IMG/VR virus record: IMGVR_UViG_3300046740_000431 | Span: 1-64,000 of that record | Origin: a virus | Direction: 5' to 3' (one strand) | Length of the DNA stretch: 64,000 bases | Shown: in pieces, positions 18,224 to 28,921 of the stretch | Position numbering within the stretch: position 1 is the first letter of the stretch | Layout: every line of letters begins with the position of its first letter | Translations under genes and position numbers: made by a program | Notes under the pieces: generated by a model | Told to the model about the DNA's origin: nothing | The model's database searches: none | Seen by the model: only the letters and a program-made list of their open reading frames with translations

Positions 18224-19464
18224 ATGGACACGACAAACCAGACCGCAGCCCAGCGAGCCGACCGCGACCACGCCGCAATCCAGGCGCTCGGCATCGTCAC
18301 CAAGGACGACACCGGCAACACCGCCACGTTCTACGCCCACGGCACCACGCTAAACGCGGCCGGGGTGGCGAGCGCCGCGCGAGCCGGCGCGACTTCCTCG
18401 AGCTGCCGACCATCGAGGATGGGATGGACCAGCTGATCGCCACGGTGCAGCGCGAGAACCGCGCCGACCACTGGGCGGATCTCGGGGGATGCAGCGTCGA
18501 CTTCCTCGGCCGCGTGGCGCCCGAGCGCGACCTCGACAGCAACGCCGAGATCCCGCGGCTCGTCCCGTCGGTCACCGGGTGGCAGCGGCTGGCGAGCTTC
18601 GCGCCGGAGCGCATCCCGACGCCGCTCCGCACTAACATCAACGCCTGGGCCGCGGCGCGGCGCGGCGACAGGGTGCGACTCCGCACCCGGGACTCCGAGG
18701 GGCACGACGAGCGCGAGCTCTACGCGGTGGTCTCGCCGGGCTACGTCCCCTACGACCTCGACACGATCGCAGCGGATGTGGCCGATCATCTACCGAGCGA
18801 CGCCAGGGTCGATGTGCGCTACGACCGGCAACGCGCGCGCATCGACGCGGTGCTCCACAACCCGCACCACTTCCCGGGCAACACCGGCGCGGCGAGCGTC
18901 GGCGAGGCGCACAGGCTGGCCCTGCGCATCACGACCGCGGACGACGGCACGGGCGGCTTCGCGCTGACCTGGATGGCCCAGCGGATCCGCTGCGTCAACC
19001 TGACCCTGCTCCGCGGCGCGAACTGCGTGTTCCGCGCTCGCCACACCCAGGCCGACCTCGCCACGGTGATCCGCGAGGCACTCGCCGCTCGGGGCCAGAT
19101 CGCCGAGGGGTTCGCCGAGACCTGGCGCAAGGCGTGGACCAGCTACTACCTCGACACCTCGGCCAAGGGGTCCGGGATCGATGGCCTCGAGGCGCTCCGC
19201 CGCATGGTGTTCCACGGGCTCGTGAAGATCCCCGGGCTCCGCCGGCCGGACGTCTGGGCGGCGGTCAAGTCGGCGTGGGACACCGAGCCGGGCGACAGCG
19301 TCGCTCACGTCCACAACGCGATCACCCTGGCGGCGCACACCGCGCCGACCGCCCGCAGCTGGGCCGACGACGAGACCGAGGAGATGGCATCATCGCAGCT
19401 CTACCAGCGGGTGCACGTGCTGGCCGGAATCCCCGACGGTGACCGGGCCGAGCTCGGCTGGTAG
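18224..19464 (+). pseudogene. DUF932-like protein split by a 1-nt frameshift near 18375
   Basis: Upstream frame MDTTNQ..GVASA joins frame RRDFLELPTIEDGMDQ; YAVVSPGY, TTADDGTG and RIRCVN motifs. Confidence 0.6.
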
Positions 19465-19700
19465 CCAGGCGAAACGCGCGCCGCGAGCGCCGTCCGGCGG
19501 ACCTTCTCTACCGCCGCTGAGGAGCCAGAGATGAAGAACGTCAAGCGCTTGAAGCTCGTGTCGCAGGTCATTCGGTCGCTGTCGTCGGTCGCGCTCGCGG
19601 CGGCCCACGGCGGCGTCGCCCAGTCGGGAAGCCAGGTTGGAGGCAGCGCTACGTGCCCGCCGCCAAAGAACGGCGAAGGAGGCGGCTGCGTCACGGGGTA

Positions 19701-19769
19701 GCTACCCGCTACCCCGTCGCTACCCCATCGCTACCCGACATTCTCCGGTGACGTGTGTATATTCAGGTC
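19701..19769 (+). promoter_or_regulatory. Repeat promoter B
   Basis: CCGCTACCCCG TCGCTACCCCA TCGCTACCCGA-N19-TATATT-CAGGTC-ATG. Confidence 0.75.
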
Positions 19770-21185
19770 ATGGAAACGAACAAGGCGACCGAGACCACAG
19801 GGACCCCAGAGATGTCCGTCGAGCCGATCGTGGTTCGTGACCCGCTGACCGGATCCAGGACGCCGATGTTCGTGTGCCATGGCCCGGACGGGCACGAGTG
19901 GCTGCTCAAGCGCCTGTCCGCGGAAGCCGCGATGGCCGACGGGGTCGCGTACTTCATGGCCACGCGTACCATCGATGCGAGCGGGCGATGGGTGCTGTAG
20001 TGAACCAGACGCACGCCCCGTTCCTCGTCGGCGGAAGCTGGACGTGGCTCACGTGGTCGCACGATCTCGACCTCCACGCTGCCATCGTCGCCAAGGCCGC
20101 CGAGCTCGGCGCCGCGTCGTGGGATGCGAGCCAGGCGTCCCACATGGTCCGCGGCTCGGTGGTGTTCGGTCACCCAACGGTGTTCTCGTGATCGCCATCG
20201 AGCCCAAGGGCGGCAACCTGGACGTGCTGACCGCCGAGACGCGCCGCATGGCGCTCCTGGAGTCCTGCGTCGGGTACGTCACCCAGGTCTGGATCTGGCG
20301 CGGCGGCGAGGCCGTGGTCCTCAACGCCTACCCGCGGGCCATGTACGGCCAGGGCGAGTGGGCGGTGATCATCAGGCGCGGCCTGAAGCGCGGCGCGCCA
20401 CAGCGGCTCAACGTCGAGTCCGTCGGCGCCGCGCTGACCGCGCTCGGGGTCCGGTGGCGGATCCGGTCGTGCCGGCGATCCCCGGCCAAGCGGACCCAGT
20501 CGAAGCGGTCTCGGTACCACCGTGTACTACTGAGCGCCGCGCACCGGCGCGGCAACACGTGGCGGACCATGAGAGCGAGGATCTCGTGATCTCAACCATG
20601 ACCTGCTCGTGCGGCGAACGCGATCCACACATCATCGCTCGGCGCATGACCGCTGACGACGTAGCCGTCGAGATCTGGCACGACGGCGCGGTGACCGGCC
20701 GCGCTGGTCTGGCGCTGCCCGGCGTTCCGATCGCGCGCCCGCGCTCCAGTGTCAGCTGGGATCGCGCGCGGCACGCGGCGTCGCTGTTCGGCGGAGAAGT
20801 TGAACTGTATGACGTCGCGGAGCTTCCGCGGCTGTACGCGTGCGCCCGTCGCGTGGCCGCTCGCGGCGGGTTGCCTGGCGATCTCCGAGCTGCCTTTGCT
20901 GCGGCCGAAGCGCCATCGCTCCACCTCGTCTGGGATGTCTACGCGGCCGATCGTGATGGCACGCCGACTGTACGCGTTGCGAGGCTCGACCGCATCCGGT
21001 GGCCGGGGCTCGCCGTGTGGCACGAGAGCGGCCGATACGAGCTGCTCGCCATTCGGCGCGGCGCAGCGCTTGGCGCTCGATCCCGTGAGGCGCTAGAGAC
21101 CACTGGGTTCTCGTTCGCCTCGCGGGCAGCCCTGCACCTGCACCTGTTCTCGATCGCGATCCCCCAGCACGCGAGGACATCGTGA
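19770..21185 (+). other. Four coupled hypothetical genes (19770-20000, 20000-20191, 20188-20589, 20586-21185)
   Basis: Stop-start overlaps following promoter B. Confidence 0.6.
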
Positions 21186-22060
21186 GCGCAACCGAACGCG
21201 AGACCACCGCTCTTGCCGTGTCGGCCGACCGGAGCATCGCCGCGCCGATCGATCCAGACTCCCCGGAGTTCCGCCGGACCGCGACGCACATGGCGCGCGA
21301 GTTCTCCGAGGCTACGTCGGAGATCGCGCGCCTCGTCGGCGAGCTTCGGATCCAGACCGAGCGGCTCGACGCCGCGTTCCGCAAGGACAGCTACAGCCGG
21401 TTCGGCCTGGATCTGTACTACAGCGGGCACCGCTACAACGCCGATGCCGAGGGCGCCACCGAGATCGTCAAGCAGATGGAGCGGCGCGCCTGGCACATCC
21501 TCGTCGACGAGCTCGGCGTCAAGAACGTGATGTCGATCGCCAAGCGTAAGGCGTTCGACGCTCAGCTCGAGAGCGGCGATCTGCCGCCCGTGTGCGAGGC
21601 GACGATCGTCGCCATCCTGCTCGGGTTCACCGAGCAGGCGAAGGACTTCGCGACCGAGGCGGCGCGCGAGGTCTTCGATCTGTTGAGGCCGAGGCGCGGC
21701 GACTACGCGACCAACAACGTCTTCCGGGTCGGCCGTCGGGTGATCTTGACGAACCGCGTGGAGCGGAAGTACGGCATCGGATCTGGCTGGCGAATCGCCC
21801 ACCACTACGAGCAGGAGATGACGGCGCTCGACGGCGTCTTTCACCTGCTCGATGGCAGGGGCGTGATGCGCGCCAACAAGGGGCCGCTGGTCGCCGCGGT
21901 CGATGCGGCCGACGCATCGGGCAAAGGCGAGACCACGTACTTCAGGTTCCGGTGCTTCAAGAACCGGAACCTGCACATCGAGTTCCTCCGTCCAGACCTC
22001 GTGAAGCAGCTCAACGGCCTGGCTGTCGGCGAGTACGTGCTCGGCGAGGACGTGGAGTAG
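21182..22060 (+). CDS. DUF4942-like protein (stand-alone)
   Basis: AW..L..E.GV...MS, VFDLLRP, Y.TN..F.VG.RVIL and YFRFRCFKNRNLHIEF.RPDLV..LN motifs. Confidence 0.75.
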   Translation: MSATERETTALAVSADRSIAAPIDPDSPEFRRTATHMAREFSEATSEIARLVGELRIQTERLDAAFRKDSYSRFGLDLYYSGHRYNADAEGATEIVKQMERRAWHILVDELGVKNVMSIAKRKAFDAQLESGDLPPVCEATIVAILLGFTEQAKDFATEAAREVFDLLRPRRGDYATNNVFRVGRRVILTNRVERKYGIGSGWRIAHHYEQEMTALDGVFHLLDGRGVMRANKGPLVAAVDAADASGKGETTYFRFRCFKNRNLHIEFLRPDLVKQLNGLAVGEYVLGEDVE

Positions 22061-22080
22061 CCGATGATCGGTCGCGCCTC

Positions 22081-22797
22081 GTGATCGCCTACGCTTCGCG
22101 CACCGGCACGCGCTCGACCCTGGCCGCGCTGCGCGAGGCCGGGTGGCGCCTGCTGGTGTCCGCGGCCGGCGAGCTGCGTACCGAGGGCTTCCAGTACGCG
22201 CTCGATAACGGCGCATGGAGCGCCTACCAGCGCGGCGCCCGGTTCGATGAATCTGCATTTCTGCTTGCGCTCAACAAGCTCGGACGGGATGCGGACTTCG
22301 TGGTTCTCCCCGACATCGTCTCGGGCGGTGAGCAGTCCCTGGATCTCACATTCCGCTGGATTCAGCGTGTGTACCGAGCGACCGAGCGCGTGCTGATCTC
22401 CGTCCAGGACGGCCACGAGCCGTGGCAGATCGACGAGCTCCTGGGGCCCCGCGTCGGGGTGTTCGTGGGCGGCTCTACGGGATGGAAGCTGGCTACCACG
22501 CCGCGTTGGGCTGCGGTCGCACGTGCCAAGTCATCTTGGTGCCATGTGGGGAGGGTGAACACGAAGCGGCGTATCGCGCTGTGCGGAGCAGCCGGTGCGC
22601 TCTCGTTCGATGGTACCTCGGTGGTGCAGTACCCATCCACCATCGATCGATTGGACCGGGCGACCCGTCGGGCGACGCTACAAGGTGGTCTGGCGTTCGA
22701 CGACGGGCTCGTCCCGGACGATCAGCACCCATGCTGCGTAGAGTCACCGGCCCAGCTCGCGAGGTATCGCGAGTACATGGCATCTCGCAAATCTTGA
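22081..22797 (+). CDS. dpdA: DpdA-like TGT-fold transglycosylase (7-deazaguanine DNA insertion)
   Basis: ALDNGAW, VLPDIV.G, VQDG, VGGSTGWK, HVGRVN and SFDGTS motifs; adjacent to queD. Confidence 0.7.
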   Translation: MIAYASRTGTRSTLAALREAGWRLLVSAAGELRTEGFQYALDNGAWSAYQRGARFDESAFLLALNKLGRDADFVVLPDIVSGGEQSLDLTFRWIQRVYRATERVLISVQDGHEPWQIDELLGPRVGVFVGGSTGWKLATTPRWAAVARAKSSWCHVGRVNTKRRIALCGAAGALSFDGTSVVQYPSTIDRLDRATRRATLQGGLAFDDGLVPDDQHPCCVESPAQLARYREYMASRKS

Positions 22798-22827
22798 CTA
22801 CGCGCCTACAACACCAGGAGACCATTC

Positions 22828-23268
22828 ATGATCACGATCGCGAAGCGCTTCACGTTCGATTCATCACACCAGCTGCACGGGCTCCCAGAGGGCCACAAGT
22901 GCGCCAGGATGCACGGGCACACCTACGAGGTCGAGCTGCAGCTCCACGGCCGACCGGATGACCGAGGCTTCATCGTCGACTACCAGGAGATCGCCGACGC
23001 CTGGGCTCCTCTCCACGAGGCGATCGACCACCGCTGCCTGAACGAGGTCCCCGGGCTCAGCAACCCAACCACGGAAGTTCTGGTGATCTGGATCTTCGAT
23101 CGCCTTCGCGGCGGCCCCATCGGCGACTACCTGTCCAAGGTCCGCGTGTCGGAATCGAGCACGACGTGGGCGGAGCTCGACGTCAGGTCTTACATCGGCG
23201 GCCGGCGGAGCCCGGGGATCCGCCGACTCATGGGCGATCGGCCTCTCGTCGGTGACGATCACCCGTGA
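22828..23268 (+). CDS. queD: 6-carboxy-5,6,7,8-tetrahydropterin synthase
   Basis: FDSSHQL, HKCARMHGHTY, DH..LNE, NPTTE and V.ES motifs. Confidence 0.92.
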   Translation: MITIAKRFTFDSSHQLHGLPEGHKCARMHGHTYEVELQLHGRPDDRGFIVDYQEIADAWAPLHEAIDHRCLNEVPGLSNPTTEVLVIWIFDRLRGGPIGDYLSKVRVSESSTTWAELDVRSYIGGRRSPGIRRLMGDRPLVGDDHP

Positions 23269-23750
23269 CCTCGGATGCCGACCAGCGGCGCATCGAGAGC
23301 TACGCGCACCGTCGCAGGATCGCGGACGACGGCCTCGCCGAGCTCGCCAAGGCGGTCGAGGCGTGCGGACCTGGCGCGACCAACTACGGCGTCTGGGTGA
23401 TCGCCGACAAGCTCGGCCTGCTGCCCGATCGGCGCGTCTTCTGCTGCCGGCGTCCGACGCACGCCGGGTGGCTTCCGTCGCACGAGACCGCCGGCGGGAC
23501 GGACGAGCGTATCGACGACCCGGCGCGATCGTTCGTGGTCAAGGGCGAGACGTCCCGACCGTTCCGGTTCACGGTCGGCTTCCAGGCGCTTGTCGAGTAC
23601 CGGCCCCACACGCCGGAGCAGATGAGACGCGCTGCTGACGCCCGGGACGCGAAGCGCGCCGCGGCTGAAGCGGCGAAGCTTGCCGAGGACCAGGCCGAGG
23701 AGGCCCGCAGGCAGGCAGCTGCCGCTATGCAGCTCAAGCTCGACCTGTGA
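23265..23750 (+). CDS. Hypothetical protein
   Basis: GTGA overlap with queD. Confidence 0.6.
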   Translation: MTSDADQRRIESYAHRRRIADDGLAELAKAVEACGPGATNYGVWVIADKLGLLPDRRVFCCRRPTHAGWLPSHETAGGTDERIDDPARSFVVKGETSRPFRFTVGFQALVEYRPHTPEQMRRAADARDAKRAAAEAAKLAEDQAEEARRQAAAAMQLKLDL

Positions 23751-23760
23751 TCTCCGTCGG

Positions 23761-23824
23761 TCGCTACCCCACCGCTACCCCAGGCGTACCCCACGAATTC
23801 ACCGGGACGTCGTACAAAGAGGGC
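23761..23824 (+). promoter_or_regulatory. Repeat promoter C
   Basis: TCGCTACCCCA CCGCTACCCCA GGCGTACCCCA-N19-TACAAA-GAGGGC-ATG. Confidence 0.75.
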
Positions 23825-24295
23825 ATGGAGAACACGACCTACCGCGTCTGGGCGCTCTGGCAGGACCGCTCGGAGCAGCTGATCGACCTGTCCGCGAAGC
23901 ACTCGCACGAAGCGGTCGAGGCGGCCGTTCGTATGGGCCTCGTGTCTGGATGCGGCGCTCGCCGCGGCTACATCGGGCTCCACGCGGTCGAGCTTCGCCC
24001 TGTGCCGGGGACTCTGACGCCTCGCGCCATCGCGGTCCTGGCCGCGCTTGAGCAGGCTCCGCGGCTTGCGCTCACCTGGGCTACGCTGGCCAGCAAGGTG
24101 GGCGCACCGGGACTCACCGAGCTGCTCTACGAGCTCGTCAGGATGCGGCTGGTGGCGAGCGACGGCAGCAACCGGTACCGCCTGGTGGTCGCGCTCGCGC
24201 AGCGCCCGCGGTCGTCATGGCTGGCCGATGCCGTGGTCGGCGAGGATCCGATGCCGACGGACGGCCCCGCGCGGTTCCGGCTGGTCTCGCCGTGA
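23825..24295 (+). CDS. Hypothetical protein with a possible winged-HTH
   Basis: LTPRAIAVLAALE...LTW..LASKVG...LYELVRMRLVASDGSNRYRL. Confidence 0.5.
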   Translation: MENTTYRVWALWQDRSEQLIDLSAKHSHEAVEAAVRMGLVSGCGARRGYIGLHAVELRPVPGTLTPRAIAVLAALEQAPRLALTWATLASKVGAPGLTELLYELVRMRLVASDGSNRYRLVVALAQRPRSSWLADAVVGEDPMPTDGPARFRLVSP

Positions 24296-25429
24296 TCACG
24301 GAGTCGACCGCGCTCGCCGCGATGATGCTCGTGGCCAGGTACGGGGAGCCGATCGAAGGAGGGATCCTCGGACAGACGCTGGTCTCTGCCCTGTGGGGGC
24401 CAGCCGCAGGGCGGGACGCGGCGCGGCGTCGGGCGGGCCGGCTGATCGACATCGCCGCGAGCCGAACCGCAACGAAGACCCGGGCCATCTGGGTTGACCT
24501 CGCATGGGAGATCTCATGAGCTGCACGTGCCCCCGCTACACCTACCCTCGTTCGTTCTCCGAGCTCTGCCCGTGGTGCCAGGACACCAACAGGGCCCACA
24601 AGCGAATCGCTGCAGGCATGGCAGCTCTCGCGTCCGACTCCAGGCCTCGAGCTGGGTGGGACGCGAGCGTCCTGGCCGCGGTGTCCGCGGCGCCGCCACC
24701 GCGGCGCTGGCTCGTCCCGGTCGCGTTGCTGTGCCTCGCCGCCATCGTCCTGGTCGGCGCCAAGGTGTTCCACCTGGGCCGCCGGGTCGCTCCGGTCAGC
24801 ATCAAGCTCCATGTCGACCAGCCGGCTGGTGATCGGTGAGCGCTCTCGACGACCTGGTCAACATGGCGGCGATCTCGGTCAGGACGGCGCCCGGGGGCGT
24901 CGCCAAGCTCGAGGCGGCCGCCCTTCGCTACGCCGCCGACCGAGTCCGCGCCACCGGCGAGCTGCTCACCACCGAGCTCGGGCCGAAGAGGATGGCGGAA
25001 TTCCTCGAAGACCTGGTTGCCGAGCCGACGCGCCAGATCGATCGCCTCGCTGCGGGCCCCAACCCGCGTTCTCGCGTCCCGGTCCCAAAGCGCGGCGAGC
25101 GCTGCCCGCGCTGCCACAGCGGAGCGCAGGACCGCGCCTGCCTGCTCTGCCGGCCCGACCTCGTGCCCGCCTCCTCGGTGGCGTCGTGTCCTTGTTGCCA
25201 TCGCCCGGTCGACGCGTGCTGCGTCTCGATCTTCGGCGGCGAGCTTTCAGGCGGCTACGACCACCTCGCGCGCCGGCATGCCGCGGCGCGCATCCTGGCC
25301 AAGTACGACGCCGAGGCGACCGGCGCCGGCTACCTACGCACCAACCTAGGCGGTGGCGTCGACTACATCCCGGCCGAGCAGATCACCGTACTCCATTGCG
25401 ACCGCCACCGCGATCACGGAGACGCGTGA
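24292..25429 (+). other. Three coupled hypothetical genes (24292-24519, 24516-24839 with a TM helix, 24836-25429 Cys-rich)
   Basis: Stop-start overlaps. Confidence 0.55.
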
Positions 25430-25979
25430 TGTCGAGCCAGGGCCGCAAGCTCACTGACGAGCAGGTGATCCGAAAGCGGAAGGCGAGGGACAATATGCTT
25501 GCTCGCGTATCCAAGCTGGGTGACACGAGCTGGCCAGAGGCTGGATACGTCATCGACAGCAACGAGACAGACGATCACCCAACCCACGACAACGCCTACT
25601 GTTACGAGCACGCCAAGGCGGTCGCCGTCACCGAGACGGCCAGGACCGGGGCAGAGATGGTCATCTGTAACGTCTCCGGGTCGGAGACCGACAACGAGGA
25701 GTGGTGCGCGTTCGATGCATCAACACAGGAAGCCCGACGGACTACTGGATCGACAGCGCGCTCGGGTTGACCGAAGAGGATCCGTACGCCGTGACGGTGA
25801 CCCCATACGAGCTGGCGAGATCGGCCGCCAACATGACAGTCGAAGACAAGCGCTGGGTAGTTTGGATGCGCCAGGCCAATCGGCTGATCATTGAAGCTCG
25901 CAAACTGCGAAGACGAAGAAAGCGTAAGGCGAGACAGAGCAAGCGACGCGGGTCCGACCGAGTCCGCGCCATCGGCTAA
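25429..25979 (+). pseudogene. Hypothetical gene with a probable frameshift or deletion near 25715
   Basis: Coding-like frame MSSQGRK..EEWCAFD switches to frame NTGSPTDYWIDSALG. Confidence 0.4.
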
Positions 25980-26177
25980 CTGATCGCGAAGATCACCGTG
26001 CTGTCTGGTCCGCCACGACCCTGACGCGCATCTTGGCCAGCCGACCGGCGCACCGGATCAGCCAGATCGCGATGCGCCGCCGCCATCGACTTGGTGGCAA
26101 CGGCTCCTCGATCTCCACCTCGAGCGTCATCCGCGGCCCGGCCGCCGGCAGCCGGATCACGCCAACAACGCGCTCGG

Positions 26178-27887
26178 TCACGCGCCACCTGGCCCAGCGG
26201 CATGGCCGGCGACGTCCGGTGACGGATGCGCTTCTGGTTGGACGTGCGGTGGCGCGCCGCCAGCCGCCGGGTCCGGTGACCGGCCACTCGCGCCCGCGGC
26301 CTGGAACTCGCCCATCATCGCCCCGTCGGACGCTCCGGTCTCGGCGTTGAGGCGCGCGAGCGCGGCCGCGGGGTCGTCGATCCCGAAGTACGGCGCCAGG
26401 TACTGCATTGCGCTGTCGCGGTCGATCGATTGCGCGGTGCGCGCGGCCGACACCGCGGTCGCCGCGGCGCTCGCGTCACTGGCCCCGCGCTGCACCCATT
26501 CCGGCCACGACAACTCGATCTCGTCGTCGTCGAGATCGGAGAGCCCGCGTGGGAGCTCGGGGAGCCGCGGCATCACGCGCGGCATCACGCGCAGCCCAGT
26601 CGTGGGGTCGAATCGCGGCGACGCGTCGGCGCCGGCGCGCATGCGGATCACGGCCCGAATCATCTTGCCGAGGAGCGGCTTGATGCCGTGCTCCCCGTAC
26701 TGCTCGCGGAAGAGGTCGCCGCGCTCGTGCATCGGCGAGTACCTGCGCTCGATCTCGGTGGCCGTCATCGACCCGGACGCCTCGAAGTCGAGGATGCAGC
26801 GGACGACCTCGAGAAAGTGCGCGCGGTGCTCCTTCGCGACGCTCATGGCCGATGCGATGCCGGCGCCGGTCATCTCGACGTACTGGGCGCTCGCCCCCTT
26901 CTCGAGCTTGAACGCGTTGCGCGAGCCCTTCCTGATCTGCTCGACCTTGAGCTCGTCGCTGCCGATCGCGAGCGTCGGGTCGCAGTTCTCGACCGCCCCC
27001 TGGTCGGCCTGGCTGATCAGCCTGTCGATCGCCTCCTGGGTCTCGAACTCGCCCTGGCAGTCCGGCTCGCCGTCCATCTCGTCGGTCTGCGTGTTTCGGA
27101 TCCAGACCGCCGGGCACTCGCCGAACCCGTGCTCGGATTCGGTCTGGACCTCCCACGCCGGCTCCTCTCCGTTGCCGACGGGTACCGGCTTGTAGACGAC
27201 GTCCGTCCGCTCGTCGATGCAGCGGCGGTACCACATGTTCACGGTGACGAGCGTCCCGTCCGGCTTTCTCGCCTCGACGGGGAACATGTAGCGGATCTCG
27301 AGCGCCGAGATCTCTCCGGTCGACATGTCCAGGAAGGTCGGCGTGCACCACCTGGCGTCGTGGACGTCGACGATCGGCTTCCCGTTGCGGAACCGGAACG
27401 ACATCCCAACGGAGCCCTGGCCGCCGCCGAAGGAGCGGGCGTAGGCGAAGCGGATCCACAGCCGGGCGCTCTTGATCAGCGATTCGATCCAGCTCTGCAC
27501 GGCGGGGTCACCGGCGATACTGACCTTCGGGTGCATCTTCGCGGAGAACAGGAGGCCGGTGAACCGGTCCACCACCGCGCGCGTCAGGTGGTACGGCGCC
27601 GTCGGGCGTCGCATGTTGAGCGGCAGCTCGTCGTACTGGCCGCTCGCGTCGGTCCACCCGGGCGGCAGGACCGTGTTTCGCGAGACCGTGTCGCGCTCGA
27701 GGTCGGTTAGGCACTTCCTGCCGTCCCAGCCGATCGTCCTGCCCTCGTACTGCGTGGCCGAGTAGAAGCCCCAGTATCGGTTCAGCTCGAGCTGGCGCGC
27801 CGTGAGCCCGAGCCGGCGGATCCGGGTCATCAGGCGATCCTGCTCGTGGACGCCTGAGGTGAATGCCTGCAGCGGGCTGTAGACCAC
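26178..27887 (-). CDS. Portal protein (SPP1 gp6-like)
   Basis: VDRFTGLLF, EHGFGECPAVWIRN, AIDRLISQ and IELSWP motifs; 569 aa downstream of TerL. Confidence 0.85.
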   Translation of the reverse strand: MVYSPLQAFTSGVHEQDRLMTRIRRLGLTARQLELNRYWGFYSATQYEGRTIGWDGRKCLTDLERDTVSRNTVLPPGWTDASGQYDELPLNMRRPTAPYHLTRAVVDRFTGLLFSAKMHPKVSIAGDPAVQSWIESLIKSARLWIRFAYARSFGGGQGSVGMSFRFRNGKPIVDVHDARWCTPTFLDMSTGEISALEIRYMFPVEARKPDGTLVTVNMWYRRCIDERTDVVYKPVPVGNGEEPAWEVQTESEHGFGECPAVWIRNTQTDEMDGEPDCQGEFETQEAIDRLISQADQGAVENCDPTLAIGSDELKVEQIRKGSRNAFKLEKGASAQYVEMTGAGIASAMSVAKEHRAHFLEVVRCILDFEASGSMTATEIERRYSPMHERGDLFREQYGEHGIKPLLGKMIRAVIRMRAGADASPRFDPTTGLRVMPRVMPRLPELPRGLSDLDDDEIELSWPEWVQRGASDASAAATAVSAARTAQSIDRDSAMQYLAPYFGIDDPAAALARLNAETGASDGAMMGEFQAAGASGRSPDPAAGGAPPHVQPEAHPSPDVAGHAAGPGGA

Positions 27888-27929
27888 GCGTCATCGTCGA
27901 CGGGCGAGCACGTCAACGCAACGCCGTGG

Positions 27930-28125
27930 CCACCGGCGCCAGCGGCCGGGAAGGCCCCCTCTTACCGCCCTCGCACGCTGCAGCGGCTCGGGTTGACGGT
28001 CTCTACGGGCCTCGTTCGCTCACGGTTTACAGCCGGCTTGCGCGCGATGCCGAGGGGCGTAGACGTTGGCCTTGCGGCCCAAGAGATGACCAGCCGGGGT
28101 TTCCCCGTTGGTTCCCCGGCTGGTT
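27930..28125 (-). ncRNA. Candidate structured non-coding RNA downstream of tRNA-fMet
   Basis: 11-bp hairpin ACCAGCCGGGG/CCCCGGCTGGT, GGCC-GCAA-GGCC, nested TCTACG/CGTAGA, CCTCG/CGAGG and TCGC/GCGA helices, CGG-CTGTAAA-CCG loop; no credible ORF. Confidence 0.5.
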
Positions 28126-28131
28126 CTGTCG

Positions 28132-28205
<74 letters not shown>

Positions 28206-28373
28206 GGTGACGTTGTAGCCGTGGGGAGGCGAGATGTCCAGCTCGAGGCCAGGCAGGACGCGGGTCGTAGGCGCTCACGCGACACCAAGCGTCCAGCCGC
28301 CGCCGGTCCGCTACGTCGGTGATGTCGCGGTGAGCCGACGATCCGCCCGCTGGATCAAGATCCAGAACGGGGG

Positions 28374-28706
28374 ATGCGAAACCACGAAGCCCCGGCACGC
28401 GGGCCGCACATCGGACCGATCGCCGACTCACTGCTGCTTCCGCCCTACAAGCCCCAGTCGGATCAACCTCGGTTCCCGTGCACGGCCAGGGTCGTGGTTG
28501 CGCGGACGATCCCTGATGAGCACGGCGACCCGATCACCTACCGCGTGCGCACCACCGGCGAGGACTGGTGGTTGAGCGCGACGCTGCGCGGGTTCCGCGC
28601 GAGCGCCATGTTGCACACGGTGAGCGAGCGCCGCGCCACGATCTGGATGCTGGCGATCAAGAACGGCATGATCGGGATCGGCGATGCCGGTCAGTGGCCG
28701 GCTTGA
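28374..28706 (+). CDS. Hypothetical protein on the opposite strand within the packaging module
   Basis: Non-repetitive globular-looking 110 aa. Confidence 0.45.
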   Translation: MRNHEAPARGPHIGPIADSLLLPPYKPQSDQPRFPCTARVVVARTIPDEHGDPITYRVRTTGEDWWLSATLRGFRASAMLHTVSERRATIWMLAIKNGMIGIGDAGQWPA

Positions 28707-28921
28707 CGGCGACGTCGGCGGTCAGGCTCTGACGAAGTCGCCGCTTCGATATTCGCCGTGATCGAAGCCCTCGTGCCGCACCCCACCGTGCGAGACCAGC
28801 CCGTCGTCCTGGTAGCACCGACATCCGCCCTTCTCGACCTCGTCGCACCGGCAGCCCGGCCAGCGCGGAACCTGCGGAGCGCGCGGCGTCAGGTCGAGCT
28901 GGCCTTCGCGGACCCGGCCGC

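Noticed and set aside
18365-18390. Programmed -1 frameshift
   Set aside because: No X XXY YYZ slippery site; a simple indel is more likely.
19695-19740. GCTACCCC tandem repeats as a CRISPR array or replication iterons
   Set aside because: 11-bp units without spacers, no cas or adjacent rep gene, and fixed spacing to a -10 box and ATG at three loci points to promoters.
27995-28012. CCCGTAGAGAC resembling the group I intron R element
   Set aside because: No matching S element (AAGAUAUAGUCC-like) and no interrupted exon; the tRNA-fMet is intact.
28085-28131. HDV-like (theta) ribozyme in the tRNA 3' trailer
   Set aside because: I could not build the nested double pseudoknot by eye; only a simple hairpin is evident. 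A covariance search would settle it.
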